Below, one piece after another: positions 24,542 to 37,555 of a stretch of DNA of 64,000 bases. Made by a program: the position numbers and the translations under genes. A model generated the notes under the pieces. The model was not told where the DNA came from and made no database searches. It saw only the letters and a program-made list of their open reading frames with translations. Position 1 is the stretch's first letter; every line of letters starts with the position of its first letter. Where the stretch lies: assembly GCA_951406725.2 (NCBI GenBank), contig OX597816.1, positions 20,088,001-20,152,000 on the forward strand, read 5' to 3'. The DNA comes from Octopus vulgaris. Lineage: Eukaryota.

Positions 24542-24700
24542 CATATATACAACGGGCTTCTTTCAGTTTCCGTCTTCCAAATTCACTCACAAGTTTTTGG
24601 TCGGCCCGAGGCAATAGTAGAAAACACTTGCCCAAGGTGAACCCGGAACAATGTGGGTTGGTAAGCAGACTACTTACCACACAGGCACTCCTACACCTAT
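24295..24700 (-). mobile_element. SINE A
   Basis: Diverged copy. Confidence 0.85.
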
Positions 24701-24957
24701 TATGTATAAGTGTAGAAAAAAAATAAAATCCATTGCATGGGGTAGCTATAACTATATATATGTAAATAACTATATATAATGTTTTTTTCTCCGATTTCAA
24801 GCGTCATTTTTTAAAAATAAACGAATGACTGAAATATGATGAATTAACCCCAGGAAGAATCGAATCCACAAATCGACGTTAAAATGGCTCCTTGCGCATC
24901 CGATTGCGGCAAAGTCTCACCCATCAGTTTCAGCCACATTTAGTTATTATATACTTA

Positions 24958-25339
24958 GGAGCACTCCGTCGGTTACGACGATGAGAGTCCCAGCTGATAC
25001 GATCAACGGAACAGCTTGCTCGTGGAATTAACGTGCAAGTGGCTGAGCATTCCACATACACGTGTACCATTAACGTAGTTCTCGAGGAGATTCAGCGTGA
25101 CAGAAAGTGTGACAAAGCTGGCCCTTTGAAATACAGGTACAACAGAAACAGGAAGAAAGAGTGAGAGAAAGTTGTGGTGAAAGAGTACAGCAGGGTTAAC
25201 CGCCACCCCCTGCAGGAGCCTTGTGAAGCTGTAGGTGTTTTCGCTCAATAAACACTCACAACGCCCGGTCTGGGAATCGAAACCGCGATCCTACGACCGC
25301 GAGTCCGCTGCCCTAACCACTGGGCCATTGCGCCTCCAC
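24958..25339 (-). mobile_element. SINE C, tail variant 1
   Basis: Full copy; TSD TATATACTT at 24948-24956 and 25340-25348. Confidence 0.9.
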
Positions 25340-25630
25340 TATATACTTTAACTCTCTAATACTACATATAATATTTCTAAAGCAGGCCGAAAGGAGTATA
25401 AAATATTATTATAATATATTATAATACTGTTATTGTGATATTACGAGTAGCTTTCTGTCCCTAATTTACAAAACTTTTCGGGTTTGTTTACACATATTAT
25501 ATATACATATACTCAGGTAATGCTGAGTAAGTGCTATGGATAGACCATAGTTAAGCTCCAGGTTCGGTGAATATGCGAATAAGGATTCCAACATTGGTCT
25601 TATATCAGTATGTGTATATATATATATATA

Positions 25631-25731
25631 TTTCAGAATGAGATAAAAAAAACCAAGGCTGTGAAGATTTTAGAACATTTATAAATGTTCTAAAAATTTC
25701 ACAGCCTTGGATTTTTTAACACATTCTGAAA
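25631..25731. repeat. ~100-bp near-perfect palindrome inside (TA)n
   Basis: TTTCAGAATG…CCAAGGCTGTGAAGATTTTAGAACATTTATAAATGTTCTAAAAATTTCACAGCCTTGG…CATTCTGAAA. Confidence 0.9.
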
Positions 25732-25745
25732 AAAAATTATATATG

Positions 25746-25785
<40 letters not shown>

Positions 25786-25796
25786 TGTACATACAT

Positions 25797-26690
25797 ACAT
25801 AAATTCAATTTTCCCGTTTACTGTGTGTTGGACGAATTTCAAGTTAAATGCAATGAAATACATACTGCTCTTATCAGCTCAATATTCTTCAGTATATACG
25901 TGCAAATATTTATACATACCCATACGAACACAAAATCCGCACGACCATATACATACATCTGCACTTATATAATAGAAAAAGTCGAATTTACATTTTCCAT
26001 TTCAACCACGTGTTTTTATTGTCAAAACAAACTTAAAGCAAATTCGATTTTGATCAGGGCAAAAATATTTCATTTTGATTCTTTATACAATTAAGGATAA
26101 ATTTACCTTAATGATTTTATCAAGTGATAAAGTTTTTATTTCAAACTGATCACTCGATAAAATCATTAAAGTGATCTCATCCTTAATTCTATAAAGAATA
26201 AAAGTAAAAATATTTTTGCTCCTTATCAAAATTGCATTTGTTTAGGAAGTTATTTTGATAAAAAGCACGTGGTTGAAATGAAAAAAAATGTTAACTCGAC
26301 TTTATCTAGTATATACGTGCAAATGTATGTATGTGGTCGTACAGCTTTTGTGCTCATATAGATATGTGTAGACGTTAGCGCGCCGGGCGTAATGCTTAGC
26401 GGTATTTCGTCTGTCGTTACGTTCTGAGTTCTAATTCCACCGAGGTCGACTTTGCCGTTCATCCTTTCGGGGTCGATAAATAAAAGTACCAGTTTCGCAC
26501 TGGGTTCGATGCAATCGACTTAATCCCTTTGTCTGTCCTTGCTTGTCCTCTCTATGTTTAGCCCCTTGTGGGCAATAAAGAAATATATTTATATACATAC
26601 GAGTATTGTGCTGAAGATGGCAGCATGTATATCATTACAGTTAATATGAAATTAGTCCAATTCACAATTAACTGGAAAGTTGTATTTGTT
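25797..26690. repeat. Large imperfect palindrome (fold-back), centre ~26139, right arm interrupted by SINE B
   Basis: 25915-26128 is the reverse complement of 26150-26365; 25800-25887 of 26600-26690. Confidence 0.8.
26371..26584 (+). mobile_element. SINE B (5'-truncated)
   Basis: Central motif and GCCCCTTGTGGGCAATAAAGAAA tail. Confidence 0.9.
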
Positions 26691-26991
26691 ATTTTTCACT
26701 TGTCCGTTTACAACCTGTGAGTGTGGGAGAAATAAGGTTGTTTTTAGTGCAATTTGTCATCTATCTCTAGCGTGTTGGACCGGTTATTCCGATCCCTTTA
26801 ATACAATTATGTGTATAATTATAAACTTAGTATATAAAATTTAACTACAAGGTATTTATTTCACGCTGGCAACTTGATAGAAACATTAAAGTGATCTTAT
26901 CCCCATTTCTATAAGGAATAAAAATATATACATACATATATATAAACATATTTATATATATATATATAAATATATATACATATATATATAC

Positions 26992-27061
<70 letters not shown>

Positions 27062-27064
<3 letters not shown>

Positions 27065-27609
27065 GATAAATATCAAAGTGAGTTATATACGGTAGCGGTA
27101 ACACATCGTGACGTATTTTTGCCATTTCAATATGGCTAACCCCAAAGGGTGGATGCTACTGTAGTTTTTAGCCCCAGGAGGACACACTCCTCCAGCTGGC
27201 CATAGACACACTTTCTGTGTCCTGTCAGTATTTGCAAAGGGAAGTCATCCTTCCCGTCTTCAACTTATGATACACACGGACTCGAGTTTCGAGGTATTGA
27301 CCTCTCGTCAGCGTGTGACAATCATAGTTGTCGGCGAGAATTAGATTCCTTCACAAATACTTATACTTTTTCCAGCGTCCACTGTCGCTGATATTGAAAA
27401 AGTGAAATCAAACAATGATAAATATCAAAGTGAGTTATATACAGTAGCGGTAACACATCGTGACGTATTTTTGCCATTTCAATATGGCTAACCCCTAAGG
27501 ACACAGAAAGTGTGTCTATGGCCAGCTGGAGGAGTGTGTCCTCCTGGGGCTAAAAACTACAGTAGCATCCACCCTTAGGGGTTAGCCATATTGAAATGGC
27601 AAAAATACG

Positions 27610-27613
<4 letters not shown>
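27062..27613 (-). mobile_element. Retrozyme-like element: 352-nt unit + partial direct repeat + 5' inverted segment, within (TA)n
   Basis: 27062-27146 repeats at 27414-27498; 27499-27613 is the reverse complement of ~27108-27222; contains a hammerhead. Confidence 0.85.
27273..27317 (-). ncRNA. Type I hammerhead ribozyme (canonical core)
   Basis: CACACG-CTGACGA-GAGG tcaata CCTC-GAAA-CTCGAGTC/CGTGTG: stems I and II pair fully, palindromic stem III, GUC site. Confidence 0.92.
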
Positions 27614-27659
<46 letters not shown>

Positions 27660-27660
27660 C

Positions 27661-27725
<65 letters not shown>

Positions 27726-27748
27726 CATATATATACATATATATATAT

Positions 27749-27783
<35 letters not shown>

Positions 27784-28230
27784 TGTATTTATGTGTGCGT
27801 TTCTGTGTTTCTGTGTGAGTGTGCGCGTGCGTGAGGGTGCATCTATATGTCGATATATGTCGGAACGTACGTTGCACACTGCTTTATAGCACTGACCGAA
27901 ACGTCAGGTTTTCATTTGATTTGCACTTGGATGACATGCTATCACAGGCAAATCAATAAATTTACATGTCTAATGATTAAAGAAGAAACGTTGCATTTTT
28001 CTTTTTTAGTTATATGACCTGTTTCCAATTTTGTTCAAATAAAATAGACTTTAAATTCGATGGGAAATATAAATATTGTACAACTTAAATTTATTGTGTA
28101 TAAATAGGTTAGCAGATAATTTGATATTTACTGTTTCTTTTAATTATTTTATTTTGAATATTTTTTTCTTTTAGTAATTTTTTCCCTTAATCTTGATTTT
28201 TATTCGTTCAAGAATTTTCAAATACATGAA

Positions 28231-28602
<372 letters not shown>

Positions 28603-28734
28603 GCCGGAAATCTAAGCCAAGATAATTCCAAGAATATTTCACAAGCCAAATAATATTTTACCATCCGTCTAAGCCAAATTGATTTCAGAACATTGGCCAA
28701 TATCTAAAACAACAAACGGTAATAGCTAGAGATA

Positions 28735-28819
28735 TATAAAGAGGGGGAGAGAGAGGGAGAGATGGAGAGGGAGGGAGAGATGTCAGTTAATAGGTAGAGA
28801 TCTAGATCGATAGATAGGC

Positions 28820-28857
<38 letters not shown>

Positions 28858-28979
28858 ATATATATATGTGTATGTGTGTGTGTGTTATAAGTATGTATAT
28901 AGATAGGTAGGGTTAGGTTAGATAGATAGATAGGTAGACAGAGAAATAGACAGATAGATAGATAGACAGATAGGTAGAG

Positions 28980-29041
<62 letters not shown>

Positions 29042-29045
29042 ATGG
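28735..29045. repeat. Compound (GA)/(TA)/(TG)/(TAGA) microsatellite
   Basis: Direct inspection. Confidence 0.9.
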
Positions 29046-30964
29046 ATACAAAGTGAGAGATAGTGAGAGAGAAATATATCGTTGTCGTTTGCATTTTGAT
29101 CAGCCATGAATATGTGTTCTATTTTCAAGAATCTTTCGGCTCTGTACATCTCGGCAATTCATTCATACACTGTATTTGCTGTTGTATGATCATAGCAGCA
29201 TTTTACTGCCATTTCTAGTGATTCATATATTCGGGAGAATAGCCACAATAAAAAAAAAACATTAAATTAAAGATAGGTAGAGAGAAAAAGATAATGAGAA
29301 TGAAAGAAAGCGAGAGAGAGACTGATGGCTTTTGTAACCAATATACAAATATAATGATAACAAATACACCGGCCAAGTATCTTCTTCCAAAATGAATGTT
29401 TTGTGCCAAAGGTAGATATCATTTTGTTGGCTTCTGTTTGTTTTATCTCTGGCAAGATTTGTTCTAATTTTCGTTCTTGTACTAGTAATTTGCTCATCTT
29501 TACTCCTCATTATTTTCGCGTAGATCACCGGCCATATCACGTGATTAATAGGGTAAATTTATTTTTTAGGTTATCTCGAAATCCTTAATACTATCTATTC
29601 AGGTGATTTGTGATCGTTTTCTATTGCTATATATTTAACAATGCACATTTTAGTTACTATGCTCGTGTTACACTTTTCAAATCTTTTAATTGCAAATTGG
29701 ACTTTCTCTAGGACATTGCATGTACCTATCCTCCAAAACTTCCCTTGGTCTATTAATTAATGAAGGGGCCTAAATCTGATTCGATCGCGATTGATATTTG
29801 ATCCTGTCTTCTCTATAATTCACTTGTGCTCATTTTCTCTATTGTATGTTTGCCACAATCGAGTTTCCCTAATCGGCTACTCATAAACGTATTAGTAAAT
29901 TAAAAACGTATACTTACCAAGTTCTTGTAGCGGCATATGTACCTATTTTATCGTTACCAAGTTCTAGGAAATGGACCAAGTTATAGTTTACTTACAATAC
30001 TTGATATTCCTAAAGGGAATATTGCGTCATACACATCCGTAACTTTCAGGCTTTCAAAAGTTTTTTTTCTTGTTCATATCATATTTATTTGATGTTTCTT
30101 CATGGTAACTCTATTGTTTTCATTGTTGAAGTTATTAAGAATTGAGATATAGTGTATATTTTGTTAATATTTATATTCGTACGTTGACTTTACACGGTTT
30201 TTACTCTTGTTTTATATATTTCTGTAAAAGAAATTTTAAAACGATACTGACTTTCGATTCTAAGAAATATTGCTGTTGCGGTACTTAGTTGATATATGCT
30301 TGGAGTATTGATGCTTGCGTCTGTTTCCAGTATGTCTGTGATGGACCGATTTTACCCTTTTTTTATTGCCTTTACAGTTTAATCAATATACATGTAAGCT
30401 TGTATCTGCATCGTATTCCGTTGGTCCATACGAAGATATATTGATTTTAATTATTTAACTATTTCATTCGTAAGATTAATGTCTTATTGCTTAGATGTCA
30501 CAGATCCCTTAGATCTTCCTTGCATTCGATTAAGTTCAAGTATCTTTTGTACAGTTCTGCTTCAGCTTTCGTATTTCGATATCCTTTATGTATGTCATGA
30601 TTTGATTTAAATGTCTTTTGTAATTTCTTTTACTTTCATCTTGATTTTATTTTATTTCATATATATTTATACTTTTGTTGTCTATATTATGTAATCTTAC
30701 TTTCTTCAATATTTTTTCTATACATGATGCTATTTTAGTATTATATACATAACTTCATAAACAAATCGGTTTGTTTTGATCCATATATATATATATATAT
30801 ATGTATCAAAGTTAATTATATTTTTTGTTTCTTTTGACTGCCATAGTTGTCGGTGGGATTCTACCTCTTGTTGCTCTTATTGCTTTTGATTCCTTGCTTG
30901 GAATTGTTGTTAACTTGCTCATGTTATTCCTACTGTTGCTCTTGCATTCGATAGTCTCTTTCTT

Positions 30965-31414
30965 TCCCTCAAAATCAGTTCTGATACTCTTATCAAACAG
31001 TTCTACCCGCAAAGCATCCCAGCACGATGTATCGGTTTTCTGTATATCAAATGCATATTATAATCATCGTGATTATATTATCTAATCCGCCATCCCTCAT
31101 TAAATAAAGTTCACATTAAATAAAGTTACTAGCAAATTCGGCGGGGACACAAAGGTTTTGTGACTTGTTCGATCACTTGCCATGTAGGACACAACGATAT
31201 AACAGGTATTTAATTGTTACTTTCATGGTCATTTCAGCTTTCTAACTTTCAGGATATTTCAAAACGGTTTTCATTTGTAATTTTCAATGAGTTTCTCATG
31301 TACAGTTTAAAAATCTTCTGTAAATCACACTTTTATGCCGTAAAATTTTCGGGCATATATTTCTATGTATAAACTATATCGAATGGTTATCCTTTCTTAT
31401 TTATTTATTGCCCA
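30965..31414. repeat. Dispersed duplicate of 11091-11562
   Basis: Same orientation, high identity by eye. Confidence 0.9.
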
Positions 31415-31543
31415 CAAGGGGCTAAACATAGAAGTGACAAACAAGGACAGATAAAGGGATTAAGTCGATTATATTAACCCCAGTTCTTAACTGGCACTTA
31501 CTTTATCGACCCCGAAAGGATGAAAGACAAAGTCGACCTCGGA
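31398..31543 (-). mobile_element. SINE B 3' half (Tx1-type tail)
   Basis: TTTATTGCCCACAAGGGGCTAAACATAG…CGACCCCGAAAGGATGAAAG. Confidence 0.85.
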
Positions 31544-31585
31544 GTAATATACATTTCGTGCGCTATAATCCGATTACAATTTAAT

Positions 31586-31800
31586 CATTCCTACTGTAGG
31601 CTCAAGGCCCGAAATTGTTGGGGAGGGAACCAGTCGATTAGATCGAGCCCAGTGCGCAACTGGTACTTAATTTATCAACCCGGAAAGGATGAAAGGCACA
31701 GTTGACCTCGGTGGAATTCGAACTTAGAACCTATAGACAGACGAAATATCGCTAAGCATTTCGCCCGGTATGCTAACGTTTCTGCCAGCTCGCCGCCTTA
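31586..31800 (-). mobile_element. SINE B, alternative tail
   Basis: 15-bp TSD CGATTACAATTTAAT at 31571-31585 and 31801-31815. Confidence 0.9.
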
Positions 31801-34800
31801 CGATTACAATTTAATATACTGAAATTAAGCTGGTATTTTAATTCTGATAAAATTATAACTATGCAGTTTTCTTTTATTTTGCGCCACGGTACGATCTTTA
31901 TCTTTTATTTTTTACCTGATTTAGTAATTGAGCAGCCCCCATCATCGGGGATTACTTTGAAGGGTGTAGCACAAATCGAACCCAGTATTTATTTGAAGAT
32001 TGACACATGTACTACCGATCTCCTTTGCCGAATTCATAAATGGTGGAGATGACTAAAAATAAATGGCAAGACGCACACTCACATGCACATGCACGCACAC
32101 ACAGACACAATTACGCTTACAAATACACAGACACAAATGCATACACAAACGCAAAAGATTGACAGAGATTGTGTCTAAAAAATTCCATCACAAAGAGATT
32201 TTTTTAAGGAAATAATTTATCATAAGGGAAATTTTGAGACGACGCATGTATTACCTGTGTGAGACGACGCATGTATTACCTGATTCGTCTGTAAGTAGGT
32301 ATAAGTTGATATTTTAGTGAAATAAAAATTTCAGTTCATTTTCGTATTTAGGTATCCATACTTGGCACATTTTTTGTAATTATTGTTTTTTGCTATACAA
32401 TCCATACCGATCGTGCAAACATGTAACCAAAAGCGTTCCACTCATGATTCTGCAATCTTTTTATGTTACTTTATGGAAATATAGTTGCTAATTCAACCAA
32501 ATTTATATGCCATATAGTAGACCGTCTTTGGCGGACATGTTTTTTCTTCTTTTTCACTCACTTCCATTTTGCATTAAGTAATATACTAGATTATTGCCTG
32601 CTTCATTTTCATGATAAATTTCTTCTTGTGTCTTTTGTTTAATATTTACTATTCTCCGAATTCGTTTTTCTTATTTATCTGTATTCTCTTCGTATCATCC
32701 CAATATTCTTATTCGACACACACATCATAATATCCTGTTGTTTTTTATCCACTATCCACTCTTCTTCGTTCATTGCATGATCGTCATTATGATATAAACT
32801 AAACTTTATATTGCCTTATTTCTATTTTCTTTGAGTTTTTCTTTTCATTAATTTCTTTACAAATTACGACGATACTTTTTTTCTTTCCCTTCTAATCGAA
32901 TAATTTTTATATTAATTCTTAGGAGTCAAAATAGCTTCCCAGCTTATCTTACTTTCATTAAATTATCATTTCATGTTCCCATTTCTCCACTTATTCTACT
33001 TACATTACTAACCTAATCAAAGTAATCATCTATTTCGGTGCTAGCAAGAATTTTTTCTACTGTGTAAAATATAAGATAAAATGAGTATATATTTGGAGAA
33101 AATAAAACACACTTGACGAAAAATATAAAAAACACAGCACAGTAACTGTTATCACTCATTATAGAGTACATTTATACTGCCCACAAGACATCTGAAATAG
33201 TTAATCAATATGACTTATTTGATTTAGATCTGCGCATGTCTACGTAATATTAAGTGCATTTGTAAGTAATCGTTGTAAGACACTGACGCAAGAGCAACAC
33301 ATTTGCTATCGACTTGTTTGTGTCTAGACTCATCTACAAAATACGACTTTAATTCCATTGCAATCAGCTCAATTAAGTTTAGATATATTATTAGTTTGCT
33401 TAAGGAAACGAGCTTGCAGTATCGTTAGCGTGTCGGACAAAGTGCTTAGCGGGATTTCTCTTGGCTCTTTACATTCTGAGTTCAAATACTGCCTGCGTCG
33501 AATTTGTTCTTCAAGTGCCACTTAAATACTGAGACAGCTGTATTTGACTATTGCCTCCCTTTAATGTTACTGGCCTTGAACTAAAATTTTGAGACATATT
33601 ATTGAATCATTTAAATTTATTTTTGTTCTGTGGACGCCCCCAGATGATGAAGTAGGCTAGCCCAATACGTAGATATAGAGGGAGAAGCCTAGACGTCGCG
33701 GTCAGAGTAGAGTAGCAATAGGGAGAACAGTTGAGTAGCAGTTTGTAGACTAGAACAGAGTAGAGTGGAGTAGATTTGAATAGTAGAGGCGTCCGAACGT
33801 GCGACATAACAATTTTCTGTGTTCAAATTCCGCCAAAGTCTACTTTGCTTTTCAAACCTTTCCAGGTCGATAACAGTATCAATAGAGCACCGACTACCCG
33901 ACTAGCTGATTTAATCAACTACACGGTATCTTTAATATTGCCGGTCTTATACAAATATTTGAAACCATAGTATCAGATTATATAACCCCAATGAAGTACA
34001 CGTGGTAATTACTCAAAAATACTATCGATGAATGTTGGTTAAAATCTTGAGACTGCAGCAATTTATCATGTAAACTTAGCACTACCCTCGTTTAAAAACA
34101 TTCCTAGATATATATGTATGGATTTGTTTGTAATATGTTTGTTGTGTTCATAGAACTAACATTGATCGGTATATCAGCATGTACTTATATATCTACTCAT
34201 GCAATCATTGTTTTCCTTATATCATCCAATACATAATTCTTTAACAATAGGAAAATATTTCAGCAAATCCGGGTCAATGTTCTGCATTTGTAACTAAGCT
34301 ATTATGCTAAGTATATTGTGCTTGAAAATATATTTGTGTATTTTCTTCATAACTGGTTGCTTAAATAAGGTTATGTTTCTAAAAGTATCATGATACACTA
34401 AATACATACAAACCCAAAAAATCCAAAATGCTATAATTTTCTTACACATCCTATACCTCATATTCAATAGATGCTGCATCAATTACGTGTTTGTGGTTGC
34501 GTATATACATATATTTATGACTCTGTCTCTCTCACTCTCTCTCTCCTCCTCTCTCTCTATATATACATATATATACACTTATAAATTGTGGATATATAAT
34601 ATTTATCACACTGGGGAACAGGGATTTTGTTGTCTGATGTTGGAGACATGTTTCCTACTAATTTTAGGGTGCTTATTTCAAAAATGTAATCGATTTTGCT
34701 CTATCATGTTCAGATTTTCCATAAACTAAGATGTCCATTTTTCAACATTTCTGGTAATGTCACCATTTCTAAGGATAGATTTGACTTCATCAAATGCGAA

Positions 34801-35619
34801 CCCATTTATGGAGCATGACATAAATTTGAATATATAGTTATTTCAATGTCATTTAAAGTAAATACAACTGCAAAAATGAAAGCAAAAGTCATGATTTAAG
34901 TAACTTCAGTAAATGATAAGCATCAAACGTGATCAACCGTCACTATTTTCAATCAGTTTCAAATGTCATGATGATGATGGAAATGTCATTTATAAAATTA
35001 GATGTTAAGAAACAACATATTTTGTGGTCCTTAACACTATACATGTCTCATATTTGTGGAATTTAACTGAAGATATGCCCATACTTTGCTTAATATAGTG
35101 TGACTATCATTGCAATTAGATGAGACATGTTTTGTTAAACTATTAAACTGCATTAAAAAATTGGTATTTTGAATGTGCTTTTAATGTTTAATGGGGAGGT
35201 TATATGAGTCAAGGTCCCTTTTCGTCAAGAATGATCAAAGAACTATAAAAAGAACTTCATGGTATGTATGCTCTTTATGGAATTTTGCCATCACATATCT
35301 GCATTTGCTTACTTTATATCGGTTGTCTATTCTTATATCTGTTGTCTATTCTTATAATGGTGACAAATGGCTCAAATATACTTTGTATTTCAGAAATGTA
35401 ACCCGTTGTGATAAAAGACAATGTAAAAACAGCCCCGATGTCTTTTTATTTCTGGATGTGGTAGTAAAATAAAATCACAGATTTCGTAAAGAAAGCTTAC
35501 TTTACTTCCTTACTTTAGCATTAAACTGGGTGACAACACAAAGCCTGGGTGACAGATTCAAATACTTAAGTAGAAAGTTTCCAGTTTTGTCTTGTGTTTG
35601 ATGGGCTACTTAACTGGTA

Positions 35620-35702
35620 GGTCTGCAAAATTTCAACCCCTCCTCCACGGGGAGCAGACTGGGCAACGCGAGCACAGCAAGCCAGCTGTGCTAGCGTGCT
35701 AC
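35620..35702 (+). ncRNA. HDV-like ribozyme fold (3' strand of P2 missing)
   Basis: P1 GGTCTGC/GCAGACT with G1-U wobble, P3 CCCC/GGGG, L3 TCCTCCAC, GG for P1.1, long P4 hairpin, candidate catalytic C at 35699. Confidence 0.7.
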
Positions 35703-36142
35703 AAGAAGCAAAAACGACCAGTATCGAAGCCTATGTCATCAAAGACCAACTAAGATGGAGCGGCCACGTGGTTAGAATAACTGACGAACGACTTCCCAAA
35801 CAGATCTTCCACTCCCAACTCAAAGACGGCAAGCGTAGAAAAGGAGGCCAGAAGAAACGCTACAAGGACTCCCTGAAAACGAACCTCAAAAAGTGTGACA
35901 TCGACTTCAATTACTGGGAGGAAACGGCAAAAAACAGACCACTCTGGAAAACCACCATCCATGAGGGAACGGCGACTTTCGAGTCGAAAAGGTCTGCAGA
36001 GCTGGAGGGGAAAAGACGACGATGGAAGGAGCGCCAACAACAACCACGTGCATCTCTCCCTTCCGGCACTAGGTGTCCGCACTGCGTCCGATTTTTTCAA
36101 GCAAGAATTGGTCTTATCGGTCACCTACGGACTCACCAGTAA
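35696..36142 (+). pseudogene. RTE ORF C-terminal fragment with C2H2-like finger
   Basis: QLRWSGHVVRITDERLPKQIF…GKRRKGGQKKRYKDSLK…CPHC…GLIGHLRTH. Confidence 0.9.
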
Positions 36143-36219
36143 ATTTACGCGAAGTCCACCATCCTCGACCTTGAGGGATTGCCATTAAATCACTTAACTG
36201 GTAGCTATTTCAGGACGAG

Positions 36220-36262
<43 letters not shown>

Positions 36263-36291
36263 CATATATATATATGTGTGTATGTATGTGA

Positions 36292-36351
<60 letters not shown>

Positions 36352-37114
36352 TTCCTTATATAAGATTATTCGTATATGTGTTCCTACACGCATGTTTCCA
36401 TGCAGTTTTCTTTTCAAAGATAACTGGGACACATCAAATATATGAAATACTGTACTTAAAATCAAACCTGCTATATGATTCACTAAACTTTGCAGATAAA
36501 CTATTGATTTGGGGAAAGAGAAATCTATTAACAGAAATAAAATTACAGAGTACAGAGTAAATACTAGAATAAGAATTACAACTACAAAATATTACCAAAA
36601 GAAGAGCCCAACTTATATAAAGACAGTTGCGAAGCTATATATAAAGAAGCGCGATGTTATAAATCAAATAGAATTTATAGAGCCTTATTCACTTTCAGCC
36701 AGTGCTTATATACGCTTCTCTGTCTTTGGAAGATATTACTGCTTTGTTATTTAGGTCACTTGAAATTTCTCACTGTTAGTTATTAATTTTTTTTTAGTAA
36801 GTCTCTGTCAAGGCTGATAAAACATACATTTATATCTGTCTTTTTCGATAGTGCCTCATATTTCAATATTTTTAAATACACATCTTTTCGTCTTTCACTT
36901 GTTTCAGTCATTAGATTGCGGCGATAAAGGGGCAACACCCTTGAAGAATAGTAATCGAATAAACCGACTCTAGTACGTCTATTTCAACACTGGTACCTTA
37001 TTCTATCGAACACATCTACCGAACTACTAAGTTACAGGGTTCATAAATACAATAATACTGCTTATCATGCATTGGTGGGGAACAGACACAGACAGGCACA
37101 AAGAGACGCCCACA

Positions 37115-37117
37115 TTC

Positions 37118-37167
<50 letters not shown>

Positions 37168-37182
37168 GATTGTATGTATATG

Positions 37183-37216
<34 letters not shown>

Positions 37217-37253
37217 CACAGAGACACAGAGACAGACAGAAAGACAGACAGAC

Positions 37254-37300
<47 letters not shown>

Positions 37301-37349
37301 AAGACAGACAGACAGAGAGATAGATAGAAAGACAGACAGACATACAGAC

Positions 37350-37446
<97 letters not shown>

Positions 37447-37555
37447 TATAGATATGTAGATAGATAGATAGATAGATAGATAGATATATAGATAGATAGA
37501 TAGATAGATAGATATGTAGATAGATATATAGATAGATGGATAGATAGATAGATAT
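37115..37555. repeat. (TA)/(GA)/(CAGA)/(TAGA)n microsatellite
   Basis: Direct inspection; resumes at 39208-39315. Confidence 0.95.

Larger units (their letters stand above)
35620..36191 (+). mobile_element. Internally deleted RTE LINE (5' end joined to 3' end)
   Basis: TSD ACTTAACTGGTA(G) at 35608 and 36192; RTE C-terminal coding region; hairpin-like tail CCTCGACCTTGAGG. Confidence 0.88.

Noticed and set aside
27888-27912. CCGAAACGTCAG resembling a PLE hammerhead 3' half
   Set aside because: No upstream CTGANGA or stem II
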